From: Camelus dromedarius
Lineage: Eukaryota
DNA length: 64,000 bases
Reading direction: 5' to 3'
Assembly: GCF_036321535.1 (NCBI RefSeq)
Contig: NC_087436.1
Location: 64,420,001-64,484,000 of the forward strand
A program made the translations under genes and the position numbers. Shown here piece by piece: positions 38,931-53,129 of this stretch. Positions within the stretch are counted from its first letter, which is position 1; each line of letters opens with the position of its first letter. The notes under the pieces are model-generated. The model searched no databases. It was not told the origin of the DNA and saw nothing but the letters and a program-made list of their open reading frames with translations.

Positions 38931-41900
38931 TGAATGATGTTTAAATCTTTACCAGTAAGATGATCTCATTTGATCTACCAAGAGTCATTTGTTTTGTCTT
39001 ATTTTTCAAACAGCAGTAAGGCACTTGCCACTTGACACAAGAGAACCTGCCTGCTGACTGGAGTTTATGGTTCAAGCTATAGAGTCAAGCTGAATGGGAC
39101 TGAACCTGTGACCCTTATTTCTCCATCAAAGTGACTGATCCAATACTGATCCAATACCATTGGCAATTCTTAGCCTTTTCTAATGCTTGAGGCATATGTT
39201 TTATGTATCTGTACAGTCACTTGATTTGGAGAGTCTTTATTAAATAAACTTTGGAAGTATCTCATAACATCTGTCACAGTTAGCACAGCTCATTTACTCA
39301 AACTACCTACGATAGGAGAAGCAAAGTAACTTTGAGCTACTCAGGAACAGAGGGACTATTACACATATGAGCTAATTTCTGTAGTGACAGCAAGGCTGGA
39401 AATTTTGTTTTTGTTTTTGTTTTTGTTTTTTACCTTAATGATACTCCTTAAGCATTTAGTAGTTACCTCCTTGCCATCTTTTTATTCCACCAATTTACTC
39501 GTAATATTTTATCAAAAACCATCTGAAACTTTCATTTGAGTCAAACTTTATTTTGTCAGAGCTCATTCTTCAATACTGATGCAATGGTTGTGACCATTTA
39601 CCATCTCTTCCTTTACTAAGCTCTTTCTTTGACTTATATGAAAATACTATCTTTTACATAATATCTCTCTAATTCCATCCTCTCAGTTTCCTTCTTTAAT
39701 TCATTTTGGCATTCCTTTCCTTCCCTCTTCTCTGCACGACTTTTCTTTCCCTGCTATTCTTCAAACTCTATTTGAAAAACTATACAAAGTACTGGGTGAG
39801 TTTTGTTTGCCTTCTATCTAACTATTAGTCATGTAGTCTTGTCTGTCTGTCTCTCACACATACATACACACATTGAGAGTGTCAATACTTCATTAAATTT
39901 TGAAGAACCCCTCCCCAATTCAGTCTCATATCACAGTTATTATTTTATTTTGTTAAATTTAATTTGAATTTACTTTGAAGAATTTAGTGATCCTAATCCT
40001 TCCACAAACGTGTAGAGGATAGCTTCAGTGGATTCCTGACTAGTCATGGAAAAAATGTGAGTTCTTAGCTTGAAAATTAAGATGCTTCAGTCCTTTTGCC
40101 CCTTAGTGATTTCTTCACATCCCCAAACTATGGTACAGTTTCATTTTTTATAAAGCTTCCCTGTGTGAAAGTAATTTAGAGCTCAGGGAAAAATGTCAAA
40201 GTCTATGAACAAAAATACTTAAAAGTTAAGGACAGTTTTGTTTTTTTTTCTTTCATTCTTAGGTTTGAAAGATTTAATGATCTTCACTATTGTGAAAAGA
40301 AAAGCAATAATTGGAATAATAACAGAAAAAGCATCCTTTTGTTTTATGTTCTTCTATTATTATGCTTTAATTCAATATTACCACTGTTTTTTTTAGTTTC
40401 TTATATAAAATAACCAGATTAATTTTAAACTGTCATGTGCACTTTTCCAGAGCTTTGAAGGAAAAGAACAACTTTAACTCCTATGAAAATTTATTGTATA
40501 TTTTATGTGAGTTTTAGACAAACCAAAGATTTAGCCTGCCAGAATTATAACTGGCATGCCTAAAGCTTATAATGTTATACCCTTAAATTGAGTATTATTA
40601 AATCACCAAGAAGTTTCAAAGTGGTAGAATAAAGATTATGTTAAGTCTGAGATTAAGCTGTCACATCAGAGTAATTTGATTTTAAGTCTGGCTCCACCAC
40701 CTGCATTAGTAATCACATCCTTGACAGAGACAAAGTTCATCCAATATGAGTTCTCACTGCAGATGAAGTATTGATGTTTTCGTGTTACTTTGGTCAGTCA
40801 ATAAGGTTAAAAGGATAAAGTTTATTTAGTTTTCAACATTGCCTTCTTGAAGTCAAATGTCTATTTAATTAAATTTTCCAATATTTGGCAAGAAAGGACT
40901 GGTCATGTCAGCTTTCTTCAGCTTGGTATTAAATAGCATCTTGTGAAACTTGGTAGAGACTGTCTACAGTAACATGAAACAGATATACTTCCAGTCTGCT
41001 TAGAAGAGCATCAGGAAGTTCAAATTCTTTGTCAAGGTAGTTAATAACTTCTAAGAGTCTCCTAATGCTTAAAGTTTGAGTTACATCTACAAGTTATAAG
41101 TATGCTGTTAATTTTCTAACTGGCTTATAGAAATCTGTAGTATTCTGCTTCTTCAAATATTTAGCAAAAAAAAATATATAGTATATAATTCACAAACTTA
41201 CTTCTGAACCAAGCAGATGATAATGACTTCAAAACAGTGCGTCTTCTCCACTTTATTTCTAATCCGGTCACCTATGGCCTGCCCTATTGAAAAATTTACA
41301 GTTGCTTTTTTAATATGCTGACTACATGTATAAAGAAGAAATAAATAGAAATTTAATTTATGAAAAACTTGACCAAATTTGAGCTATTAACATTTTATTT
41401 ACTCAACAAGTTTGTATTTTTAGTTTAACTCAAAAAATTACAAAATTTATTTGACATTTGAATCTTGCACGCAGTAAATATAGGTGGTATGTTAAGGAGT
41501 CAATATGGACGAATGAATAAGATGGATAAGAGAGACACTTAAGCTGTTTTTTCCCCAATATAGCATATAGCTATTAAATACAACCAATACCTGCTTTTAT
41601 AATAAATAACTATTACAAAAGAAACATCTAACAAAACATATGAGTCTGGTAGTAAATTTTTAAGGGTAGAATTTCTTGTTCATACTTATTTTATGTAGAT
41701 TTCTATATCTACATCTGACTTGATCCGTCAAATCAGGAGAAGTATTCTATTCCAGAAAGGAGAGGGCTTCCCAGGACAGGATTTTGACTGACTATGAATC
41801 TTATCAGTTATCTGCAGGTGATACTTAATATTCGTGGTAATTTTCCTTCTGTAAGGAAGTAATAGATAAACTGTGATTTTAATTATCTACTTTATTTCTT

Positions 41901-42094
41901 TTTTATCACTATTGTCATAGATTTAAGTGATGATTTATTAATTTAATTAGATATTTGACATCCAACTAACTTATATTTTAATTACAGTTGCAGCAGATGT
42001 TGTATTTTAAAATCCCACCTTTCACAAAAAGAGTTTTCTCATGTACATTCAACAAATATTTATTGAATGCCTTCTATCTAAATGATAAGTGATA

Positions 42095-42212
42095 TATTTC
42101 CCAAGTTCCATGTGGTCAGGAACTATGTATTTCTTGTCCATGTTCATATCCCATTATGTATCACCTTGCTCAATATATAGTAGACACTTAGTAGTATTTA
42201 TTCAATGACCAA
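42095..42212 (+). mobile_element. L2 3' end
   Basis: aagttccatgtggtcaggaactatgt...tagtagacacttagtagtatttattcaatga. Confidence 0.6.
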
Positions 42213-43879
42213 CTGAAGATTACATACAAAGATAACCTCAATTCAATATCCTTAAAAAAGTGTATCACCAAATAGGTAATATAATACAAATTCACAAATA
42301 ACCACTATAGTACTCTGTGTAAAATAAAAATTATCATGCCCAGGTTCTATAGAAGTAGAAAGAAATACTCAAAAACAAAAATAAGCAGAGATTTCCAGGT
42401 AGAAGAAATACTCATGGTGAAGTGGATTGAAAAATAAGCCTCCATAATATTTTAAATCAAACATATCTGATATTATTTAAAAATTGATAAAAACAGGTGG
42501 GAAAGTCCAAAAGTTCAGTGACACATCAGAGGTCCTATACAAGAGGTGTAAGTGACAGAGGTGTTTCCAAGAAAACACTATCAACTGTATTTCTGTCCAC
42601 TTCTGAATTCTCCAGGAGCTGGCCTAATAAAGTATAGCACACTGTGCTTATGCTTAGGGAACTTGCTGTGTCTTTGAACTTGAGCCAGTGCCCTCTTTGG
42701 AAACCCACAAAGCTTCTGCACCAGTTCTTCCTGAGAGTGCAGTGGAACCTCACTTACTAGTCTTCAGTTAGCCTGTTATGTATATCACTTAACCACAGAG
42801 AAATTTCTGCCACATGAAGCCCAGGAAAGATCTTTGGACTACAGTAGATCATTCCTGATCTATACCATTATATCTCAGTTATGGAATAATATTTAGAATT
42901 GCTAAATACTATTCAAGGGGCTTCCTGCCATTAGGAATTGGGAATCAGAGAGGAGAATATCACTTATCTTAGTTTTGTCTGTTGGGTTTCTGACTCTTCC
43001 TTTGAGGCACTAGTATCAAAACTTATTTGGCTATATGAGATTATAAAGTATTAATGATGTGAACTTGATGATGTATTAAAAAAAAAAACATTTATTGAGC
43101 TTCAGTGCTATGTACTAGACACTGGCTGAAAAGCTGAGGCCAAAAGTGAAAAAAATAGTTGGTCGCTGACCTTACAGAGTGGAAAAAAAGGTTACACACA
43201 TTCAAGTCCTTGTGACATTCTTAAATACTTAGTTTTAAAACCCCACTAATTATATATTAAATAAATTATCTATAGAAGTTTTCATAGTGTGTGAGATTAT
43301 CTTAAAAGAAATGTGTCATTTAGTATTATAATCATTTTGGTGTGTAATTCTTCATTCCCAGTCACAGTATATTAACATCTTTGATTCCAGCCCCTGCTTA
43401 TAAACTGAGATAATTGCATATTACATAGACTTCCAGAAAATCCACTTTAAAATTGTATCTTATGTAAATGGAAGACTGTTCTTTCACAATGGGTGGCATT
43501 ATTTAATCCAGTTAAAATTACTTACTTTTTAACTCTGGAGCTTTGACTTAAATTAGTTTATCTTGAGGCTTCAGCATCTCACTTAAACCATTAGTATGTG
43601 CTTCTTCCTCTAGGGACTCCCATTTATACTTTCCCATTCAGAATGTAATCCTATCAGAAATGGTAATAATATGTTATACTTGGTAACATCTTTCATCCAA
43701 AGAAGTCTTGAGCACTTTTAAATATGACCTTGTTAATGTTTCCAACATCCCTGAGATGTAGCCACTAGCTGAGGATTTCTTCAGTTTTACATATGGAAAA
43801 ATGGAGTGAAGGAGAAAAGCAGTGTTCTCCAAGCATGATTTTAAGAGAAAAAATCTGATACAGTGTAATAAGCATTTTT

Positions 43880-43934
43880 TTAAATTGATGATTTACAATG
43901 TTGTGCTAGTTTCTGGTGTACAGCAAAGTGATGC

Positions 43935-43965
<31 letters not shown>

Positions 43966-44151
43966 TTCATATTTATTCTTGTTATTTTCCATTATACTTT
44001 ATTACAGATTTTTTTCAGATTATTTTCAATTATACTTTATTACAAGATATTGAATATAGTTCCCTGTGCTATACAGTAGGACTTTGTTGTTTATCTATTT
44101 AATATATAATAATTTGTGTCTCCTAGTCCCAAACTCCTAATTTATCTCTCA
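43880..44151 (-). mobile_element. 5'-truncated cetartiodactyl-type L1 (3' UTR) with 16-bp target-site duplication
   Basis: gatttacaatgttgtgctagtttctggtgtacagcaaagtga...tacaagatattgaatatagttccctgtgctatacagtagg; flanks tgtaataagcattttt (43864-43879) and tgtaatgagcattttt (44152-44167). Confidence 0.9.
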
Positions 44152-45029
44152 TGTAATGAGCATTTTTAAATGATGGAAAAACTGGGAGGAGTAAGTTAGG
44201 TATCAGAGGTACTCCAAAAGAATGTAAGACTTTTTTTAGAAATGCTACTTCTAACCTATTCTAATATTTAATTTTAATTTTTAAAATCAATTTTTAGTAA
44301 TGATTTATTAATTGACTACTCTGGGCCCTCTGGTAAGCTAAGCACTGAGTACAGCAGGAAACAAAATAGAACCAGGTGAGGATGGAGAGGAAGACATGGC
44401 GTTCAGATGCTACAAGGCCTGTGGGCCAGGAAAAGGGTTTTGCACTTGGACTAAGTTTGTTGAAATGCTTAAAGCATGTTTTAGTTTTAAAAAAAGAAAA
44501 TCACTCTCAGTAGAATATGAAATTAGGCATTTAAGAGAGGGAACAGAGAAAACCTATTAGGATTTTAATTTCTAACGTTGTATATTGGTTGTTTTTGCTC
44601 TTATCTCTTAACCACACACTCATGGTTCCTAAACCCATAATAATAATGTCTAGAAATCTGCAATTATGTAAGAATAAGTAATGTTGAATGGATTGAATTT
44701 TCTAGTAAAATAGGTTTTTTTTTTTTAAATTTAGGAACTACTTGAAAATTGCCTATCTTAGAAGAAAATATTGTAGATAAATCATACTTTTAAGAAATTA
44801 TAGTCTGATAAGAAAGTTTAGATCTGTGCTCAGATAACAAGGATCGATCTGTTTATCTATCTACTTATCGTATAGAGTAGGTAAAGTATTGTAGATTTCT
44901 CAAAAGAAAACTATTGCTTGATAGGAATATGACCAACAAAGGAAAAGGAGGCTGTATATTATATGAGTCAGTTCATGAAAATGTATCTAAATAAATTTAT
45001 AAATAATTATGTCATTTCCCCCAAACACT

Positions 45030-45760
45030 ATGAAAATTATGAAGAGGATATAGATGTGAATAAGACATTGTATCTGTATTCAGAGTACCCGTAGTCTATT
45101 GGAAGAAAAAAATACTTGCATTAAAAACTCTAATGCTAGGCAGAGTGACGTTAAGTACCACAATATGGGAATATGAAAAAAGAAATTTAAGCGAACTACA
45201 GAACCCAAGGAGATTTTAAATTTGAGAATAGTAAAAAATAAAATAGCAAGTTTGACTCAAGAGAACAGATCTTTCCTTAAACACCAGTTTAAAAGAAGAC
45301 AAATGCATCAGAGTATTTTAGAAAATACTATGGCAACTGTGTTCAAATACCTTAGACTCCAGACAGAATAGGTAAGGACGTGAATCCCACAGTTTAGCTG
45401 CTAAGTCATTCCAGCTGAACTAAGATGCAATGATAGTAATGGAGAGAAATGAGTTTGGGGTGAGGTGGTGAAGAAAACTTGACAGAAACTAACAAATCCG
45501 TAAAAGTGCTAAAAAGTCAAGAACTGAATTTTGAGCCATAGTGATTGTGCAAGAGGTAATACCATTGTTTACAATAGGAAAATGAAGAAATGTTGGCTTA
45601 GAGAGTTCAGTGATGTGGAATTGGAATTAAGTCTTAAACATATTAAGTTTGAGGTGCTAAAGAAATCTGCAAGGCCCAGCAGTGATGATAGCCCAGGGAT
45701 CAAAAAGGAGCTTGGGATCAGAAAAAAAAATAAGAGTGAATAGTTAAGTATCTGAGGCAT
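45030..45760 (-). mobile_element. Degraded L2 fragments
   Basis: gtgaataagacattg...; agtcttaaacatattaagtttgaggtgct. Confidence 0.55.
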
Positions 45761-47824
45761 TTTTCCTGAAACCAAATTTAATTCTCAAAACTTGTTGAGC
45801 AAATACTACTAAAACCCAAGGTCACACAGGTAATAAGTAGACCTGAGATTTGAACTCCTTTAGAGTCATTTCACTGAACCAAACCACTATGCTGCCACTT
45901 AGGAAGGAACTAAACATTTGAGAATCATTTACAAAGAGGTACAAGTGGAATTTTGAGAGTCGTGTGAATATCTGAAACTAACCAAAGAAGAAAAGTTGTG
46001 AACAAAAATTTAGAAAATTTAGTGGGAAACTAACCAAAGAAGAGAAGGTAGGGAACAAAAATTTGCAGAGCAAGATGGAAATGTATATGGAGAAGGTATG
46101 TCAAAGTTTAGCAAAGCTAATCCAAAATCTAGGAAACAAGCTGTTGTCACAAAAACTTGAAAAAAAGTTTTTTAAAAAAAGAAACACATTAGCTTGTAGA
46201 ATGCTGTAGAGCAGCATTTCTCAAAATATGTTCTGTGGAACATTAGCCATATAATATATTGGAGGTGGGTGGAGGGAAGACTCCCATCTATCATCAGGTA
46301 AATTTGTAAGATACAAAATAATAGGCTGTCACTATCACTACCCTCCTTCCTCTCATCTCCTAGAATCACAGTGTAAATTAACACATTAAAGAAAGGTACA
46401 GGGAAGTAATTAAAGGAAGATATTAACTTCATGGCAGCTTAGAAGGCATTTTCTTTGTTATTTTTTGAGTCTAGAAAATACAGATTTGAACATATTTTTA
46501 ACAAAATCATCATATTTAGGGATAGGATGAAGATTCTAAAAGAGAGGGGCTCTTGAGTTATTTGGACTTGAGGAATGTGCAGAGATTAAAGAACACTTTA
46601 AATCTGGACATGAGGATTAAGGATAAAAAATGAAAGACAGTTGTTGACCTGTAAAATTGGATGAAAGGGTAAGGCCACTAGTTTAGTGACTGTGTTAGAA
46701 TTATCCTGGAGCCAGCTTGGTTACAGAGCCTACTTACTACAGGGAATCTGGGATGTGCAAAGGATGACAGGAATACCAGACCCTGAATTATTTCATCCTG
46801 CTAATTACTCCAGCTTCTTTTTTCATGATTTCTAGATCCTGCTCCTTTCTGGTTTCAGTCTTTGAACTAGTCCACCTTGATGATGTTGCTCTCAAAATCT
46901 GTTGCTCAGAACTGAAACAGTAGTTCAGTTGCCTTTTCCGGGGCACTGTATGTTTTACGTCTTCTGACAACATGATCAGAGGGCTTATTCCCTTTGAATT
47001 TCAGTCAATTGTATTCAATTTAAATGAATTTTTAAAATTCTTCTAGTAACTATACAACTTTTGTACATGAATGAAACACCTTTTTAAGGTTATTTTAGAA
47101 TTTTAGAATTTGTATTTGCATTTTATTACTACCAGCCCTTTATTCTTGCCTGGTATTTAAATGACTTTTTCAAATGTTCATCCTGACTTCCTTTTTGTTA
47201 GAGCCTCTAGCTTTGTGTGAATTGCAGATTTTACTTTTATTCCTTTGATTCCTCCAATTGAATATTAATATTAGAGTGATCAGTATGAAGGACAGAGCTT
47301 TGCTGAAAGCCACTAGAAAGCATTGTCTAACCTTACCTGACCCAGAATTCTCTCTGGGTACAGTTGTTACTTGTGTCTATCTCATTGGTTACAGTTTTGA
47401 GTCCTTTTAAATGAATTGTCACTTATTTTTATTTTTACATCCTATCCACTTATATGTCAGGATGAACTTTGTCAAAACCATAAATCTTTATTCCTGTATT
47501 TCCTGATTTTCTATAAAGAAAGGGATAAAGTAAATATTTCTGTATTTCCTGATTTTCAATAAAGAAAGTGGTATTAATTTGATATATTTGTAAGTGATTC
47601 CATATTTATGTTCAGGTCCTTAGGCGCCATCTGTTCAGTCATTCTAGAATCTTAGTTGTGCCCTAACTCAGTATCACTAATGTGTTTCTCCAAACATACA
47701 TCTCCTCCCTTTTTACATAAGGCATGTGTCTTTCCTTTTGCTTCCCCACAACTCTCCTTTGTATTTTATTGTTTTGTTTGTGAAGTAGTTTTATAGTGGC
47801 TTTAGATTCTTGAGTTGTTTACTC

Positions 47825-47970
47825 AAATTCTTGTATATACCTCAGTTTCCACATCAATAGCATGAGACTAATTATAGTATTTACCTTGTAACATTGTGGG
47901 AATTAAATAATTTATATGTTGAGAACATATTTTACAGAAAGTAAATGCTCAGCAAGTCTTGGTGGTTATT
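47825..47970 (+). mobile_element. MIR core and 3' part
   Basis: cctcagtttccacatc...tagtatttaccttgtaacattgtgggaattaaata. Confidence 0.72.
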
Positions 47971-50669
47971 TTCTCAGTACCCTAGTCTTGACTAAGAACC
48001 ATGATCCATTTACAACCTTAGTGTGAGAGTACTTTTGGGAGCTGTAACTCGTTGAATAAATACATGAATTTCTTTCCATTACTAAGCTTGAGGAGTGCAA
48101 GGGTTATGCTGGGAACAGAGTCTTTAATTATTTCTACATAAACAGCTTGTGGGAGACATCCATCAGTTAAAAATATGTAATAATGGAGGGTTCTGTTTAT
48201 ATATTCAGCATCTGAAAATAACTTTCTGAATTTGGTGTTACAATGCCAAGTATCAGAAAAACAGGGTATGATTTTGGAAAAATGGATCAATCTGTAAAAG
48301 AGATAGACATCAAGACTGTTATTTCTATTGTTAGGGAGAGCAAATTAGGACCGTCTTGCTGGGCAGTGACTCAGAGACAGATGACAGAGAAAATGGGTGC
48401 TATAAAAAGACTGAACCCTGTCACCACAGAATCTACAACCCATTCCTCTACCAAGCTATAGGATGTTCCTTTATGATATATATCTTCTGTTATTTGCTTT
48501 GACGTTTATTTTAGCCATTTTTTTTTCTTTTTACATAAAAAGATTTGTTTAGAGGCCAGAATAGAGAAAAGGTGAGGAATAGTACCTGCACCCTAAGAGG
48601 TGGTCACGTGTCATTGGGGGCTCAAAATCACTTGATTTCAAAGTGCTGAGCAGGATACACTTTCTTTGGGTAGCACTGTGCTTTCCAGAAAAATGTGTTA
48701 GTCTTTAAAATCTAATTAACAGTGCTTCATGGGGCAACACTACTACTAGCTGAAAGATTTTAATGGAAACATAATTATAATTGCTAAAGAAGTCAAGCTT
48801 GTCCAGGCTTTGTTATTTGATATCACAGGAAATCAAGATTGATTGCAAAGAAAAAAAACTGTATCAGGGTCTCTCCACTTAGCAATATGTCAGTGTTTTC
48901 ATAGGAAATGCCCTTATGTGAGTACAAATACTTGGAAAGAAAGGTAAAATATAGAGTGTGTGTTTTGGTTTAAAAAAAAAAATACCGGTTTGTTGATTTC
49001 TTTTTAATGTGTTAATATTGCTATCTTTTCAATGATTTTAAGTGGGTTTGCTTGACCTTGTTTTTTTAAAGGCCATGTTAGTTTAACTTTGTTTAAACAC
49101 TTGAACATTTTTAGTTATCTAATCAGATGTTAGAAATAGTTTTCAGTATGTTTAAGTGTACTGAGAAATTTCTAAGCAAATGAAAAACTATGGAAAAGAA
49201 ATGAAAACCCCAAGGTTTCATGTGCTTGTCTCTCTTCATATGTATCCCAGCACGCACTCCTTCGTATGTAAGATCATCTGCTTTTCTGAGACCCCCTGAT
49301 GATAAGCCCATATTTGCTTGCATATCTGCTGTAAGTCTGATAGGACCCCAGTACAGGCCACCATATCACTGCCTGAATTACTTTATTTCAGACTCAGTGT
49401 GGGTCACCCCATCTTTTTATTCTTTCCCTTCTTTTGTTGCTATAATGTATAATTTAATTCTTCAGAATGCTACATTCACCCTCCCAAATTTCAGACATTC
49501 TTTTCTGAAATTCAAATTTCGTGGGTCATTTGGCACAGCTATTGGCTTTTTTCCAAACTCGCCATCTCCCTTTTGTTTAGTATTGCTGACATTTTCATGT
49601 TTATTCATGAAAAATATCATGTGAATATACAGTGGCACTGGGAGAAAGTAACCTCAGTGCCAACAGTGTCATTTTGGATGTAGAGGGATTTAGAGCCATA
49701 ATAAATTGTTTCACTCTAAGTAAAGTAATGTATCAGAGTCATCAGTCTTACCTTTCAAATACCTTTCTCTAATTTCAGTTGCTGTTTTTTCTTCCTACAC
49801 CACTGGCAAAAAAAGCTCTGATTATTCTTAATATTTTTAAAGAAAGTTTAAAACATGTTTTTAATATTCTTTTTTTTTTTTTTTACTAAGTTACTGGTTG
49901 TTTAAACTCTTAATGTCTTAGATTTATTTTAAATGTAAAATTTCCAGATTGAAAATTCAGAATTTCTTAGATTTATTTTTTTTTAACTAGGAATTGGAAA
50001 ACTCAATAAAATTCAAAGAAACATGATGTTTTCTACTTATATTTTTTTCAGTTATGAAGTTAAAAGATCACCTATTCTGTTTTTAACAATTCTTAAACTT
50101 TTAGTTTCACCACACCCATACAAAATTTCATAGAGTCATACTGATCTTAATATTACAACCTTCTATTTATAGCACATTGTATCTACTTCTTAAATTTAGC
50201 CCATTATTTTAGCCCATTATATTTTAATCCAAATTGTATTTAATCTGGTACTTTATTTTATATTTAAATGTTACCTAATTGGTTCATTATTTAGTTTTCT
50301 AATTATTCAATCAGTAGATGTCATATCTTTTTTTCTCATTCTCTGCTCTTTATTTTTATATTTTAAAACAGCATGTTCACATTTGTTTCCTAAAATGTTG
50401 TCAAATCAATATTATTACCACACTTTAATAGAAAGGATGTGTTGAAATTTCCTGACTCCTTTTTACTTCCTTTGATACTTTATATTCCTTTATTTATTTG
50501 TTTGTTTGTTTTGACTTAACTATGGTAGATTTAAGAAGTCATATATTTAGCAAAATTATGAAGAACCATAAAAGCAAGTAAACCATGTGTTTGCTCGTTT
50601 TGTGTTTATCAGTGATACTTCTGTCATATTAGTCATTTTAATAACAATAATAAAAACAGTAGTAATAAT

Positions 50670-50915
50670 AATACCTAGTAGTTGCCAAACATTTATTCTG
50701 TGCCAAGCCCTGTTTAAAGCTTCATGAAAAACCGAAAAGGTAGAGTCTTTTATTATGCTTATTTTCAACAACAAGGAAACTGATGCACAGAAACATTGCA
50801 ACTCACCCAGGGATACATACCCAGGATACCATCTCCAGTGGTAGAGCCAGGATTTTAACCCATTTAAAACTATGTGATTCTAAGCTTGTTCTTGTCACCA
50901 CTGCAATACTTTGCC
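50670..50915 (-). mobile_element. MIR SINE
   Basis: tgtgccaagccctgtttaaagc...aaggaaactgatgcacaga...agtggtagagccaggatttt. Confidence 0.8.
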
Positions 50916-52884
50916 CAATTGAAAAAAAAAAATACCATGCAATGAACTATTTGTTGAATAGGTTATTTTTATTTATCAATCTAAATTCTGTTAGTTATTG
51001 TTAGTATAAACTTTATTAATGATTGCAATAAAATTTCTGGTGTATTCAGGGGAGTTAATACTTGGTCTTGGAGGATTACACATGACATAATAAAACTGAA
51101 GTGGGCAAATGCATCTAATTTTCTGGAGTGACTTGTGAGTCCTAGTGACCTTTTTCAAGGTGTGGGCATGCTGTCTCCTAGGCAACAGTTAATCATAGAA
51201 GCATCGGTTTTTACTCTAGCAAAGTTGGCTTTTCTGTGGCTAAAGCTTTGGAATCATTAACCTAGAAGACATGCTTATTATTTCTCAAACTGAGCTTGGT
51301 TAATGGAAGCTACTCTTACAGATACTTAAAATGGGATGGAGTCTTCATCATACCCAGATATCCAAACAATGGCATTAAAAGCAGTTCTGAAGTCAGGTGA
51401 CTGGACGGTTGATTTGCCCCAGGCTTTAGAGTCAAAGCTTTTATGAAATTCTAGATCTCTATATTTATAAAAGAAATATTATTAATGATTTCATGATTTA
51501 GAAAAATTTGGTAATATTTATAGAAAGAAAAGCTAATGGGTCAGTCTTGGGGAATGGCCATGGATCCAACCTTGAGCTTTAACATATCCTTAAATTTACA
51601 TATGGGAGGTCTCTCTTCACAACATCCCCTTACTATCCTGGAGATCCTTACCTGCAGAATGCTACTACCTTTGCTCTGCATGGTGAATCCTTTGATTTTC
51701 TGTCCAGGTGGCAGGCCAACAGGAATAGAGCCGTTTTTGTTGAATTTCTGAATTCCCAAATAGTATTTTGAAAGGATTATACTGAGTAAAGTTAATGTAG
51801 ATTATGCTTAGAATATACAGCAATGGACCTGAACTTGTTTGTGAACCTGTATGTATTTAAAACACATCTAAATACCAGAATCTTGGTGGTTCTCGTAAAT
51901 GAATTAAATAATGCATTCACTAATTAACTTAGTGTGTTGCTCTCTCAACATAACTGTTTTCTGACCTATTATCCTTACATGCTTGTCAAGCAAAGTTCAT
52001 ACATTTCAAGTAAATATTACTGATTTGGGTTCTTTTAAATTTGTTTGTTTGGGAGGGTTTTTTTTAGCATTGGCTGTACTTTAAGTAAGTTGTACCCTAC
52101 ATGTTATCACATGACTCCACTCAATTTCAGATTCCATTCAGCAGACACTGTCCTCCTCTTTTGTGCTAATGATAGCTATTTCACATATTGATCAAGATTT
52201 GACACCACATCTGTCAAGGTTTTGTGGCATATTGTGAATTATGAATTACCTTTGCAGACAGTCCAGGACAGTCAGGCACAGGTGGCCATTATGTCTAGGA
52301 AAAGACCAATCCCAAGATTTCAGTCACCTGATTAGACATTTTTCTTATTAGATACAGCCTCTTCATATATCAGAGATGGCTTTGCTTATAAAACACATAT
52401 TGTAGCACAACTGTCAGCATTCACAAACAATGTGAGCAATATTATTTGCCTGTTAACAATTTTAACAGGAAAATGTATTTCACTACACTAGAAGTAGATG
52501 ATACCTAGTTTGAAATGTTGAATTCCTCTTAAATAAAGAGTCTGCAGTGATTGCTAGTGCTTCTTTCCATCCTCTTTGTCTGTTACTAAACTTAGGGTCC
52601 ATTCAGCAACAGGGGATGCTACAAACCGAACAGTGCTGACTTAAAACATATGCTTCAGAAATTTTGCTGTAATAGTACAATGCTAGAACTAATTAATGTC
52701 ATTGTTTCAGTGAGTCAATTAGAATACCACTGGCTTTAAGCAGTATCAGGGGGAAATGTTTTTGAGGGTTTTTGGAACCATTGCAAAGAAAATTATATTT
52801 TACATTTGCATTTCATTTTATACTCTATCATATCCACAAACAGTAGTATGACATTTTTGTTAAAATATAGGTTTTGTAATCTTA

Positions 52885-53070
52885 TAAATATGGGTTGAAA
52901 GCCCAAGCTTGTCAGTCACAGTTGTGTGATTTGTTTCCTTAGACCGTTCAGTTCAGTGAGCCTCAGATTCCGTCATCTACAACGTGAAGGTAACTTACAA
53001 GATGGATACAGTGAGAAGTTGTATGTAAAGTGTTTAACACAATGCCTGTATGTAGTAATCACTCAGTTAA
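52885..53070 (+). mobile_element. MIR SINE
   Basis: tgagcctcagattccgtcatctacaac...tatgtaaagtgtttaacacaatgcctg. Confidence 0.78.
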
Positions 53071-53129
53071 ACCGAATTTTAAAATTGACAGGTGTAATTC
53101 ACTACCATATATCCCAGTTCCTGCAAAAG

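Noticed and set aside
49220..49624. Longest ORF (134 aa)
   Set aside because: No recognisable domain; F/S/I-rich composition typical of AT-rich non-coding DNA. BLASTP or PhyloCSF would settle it.
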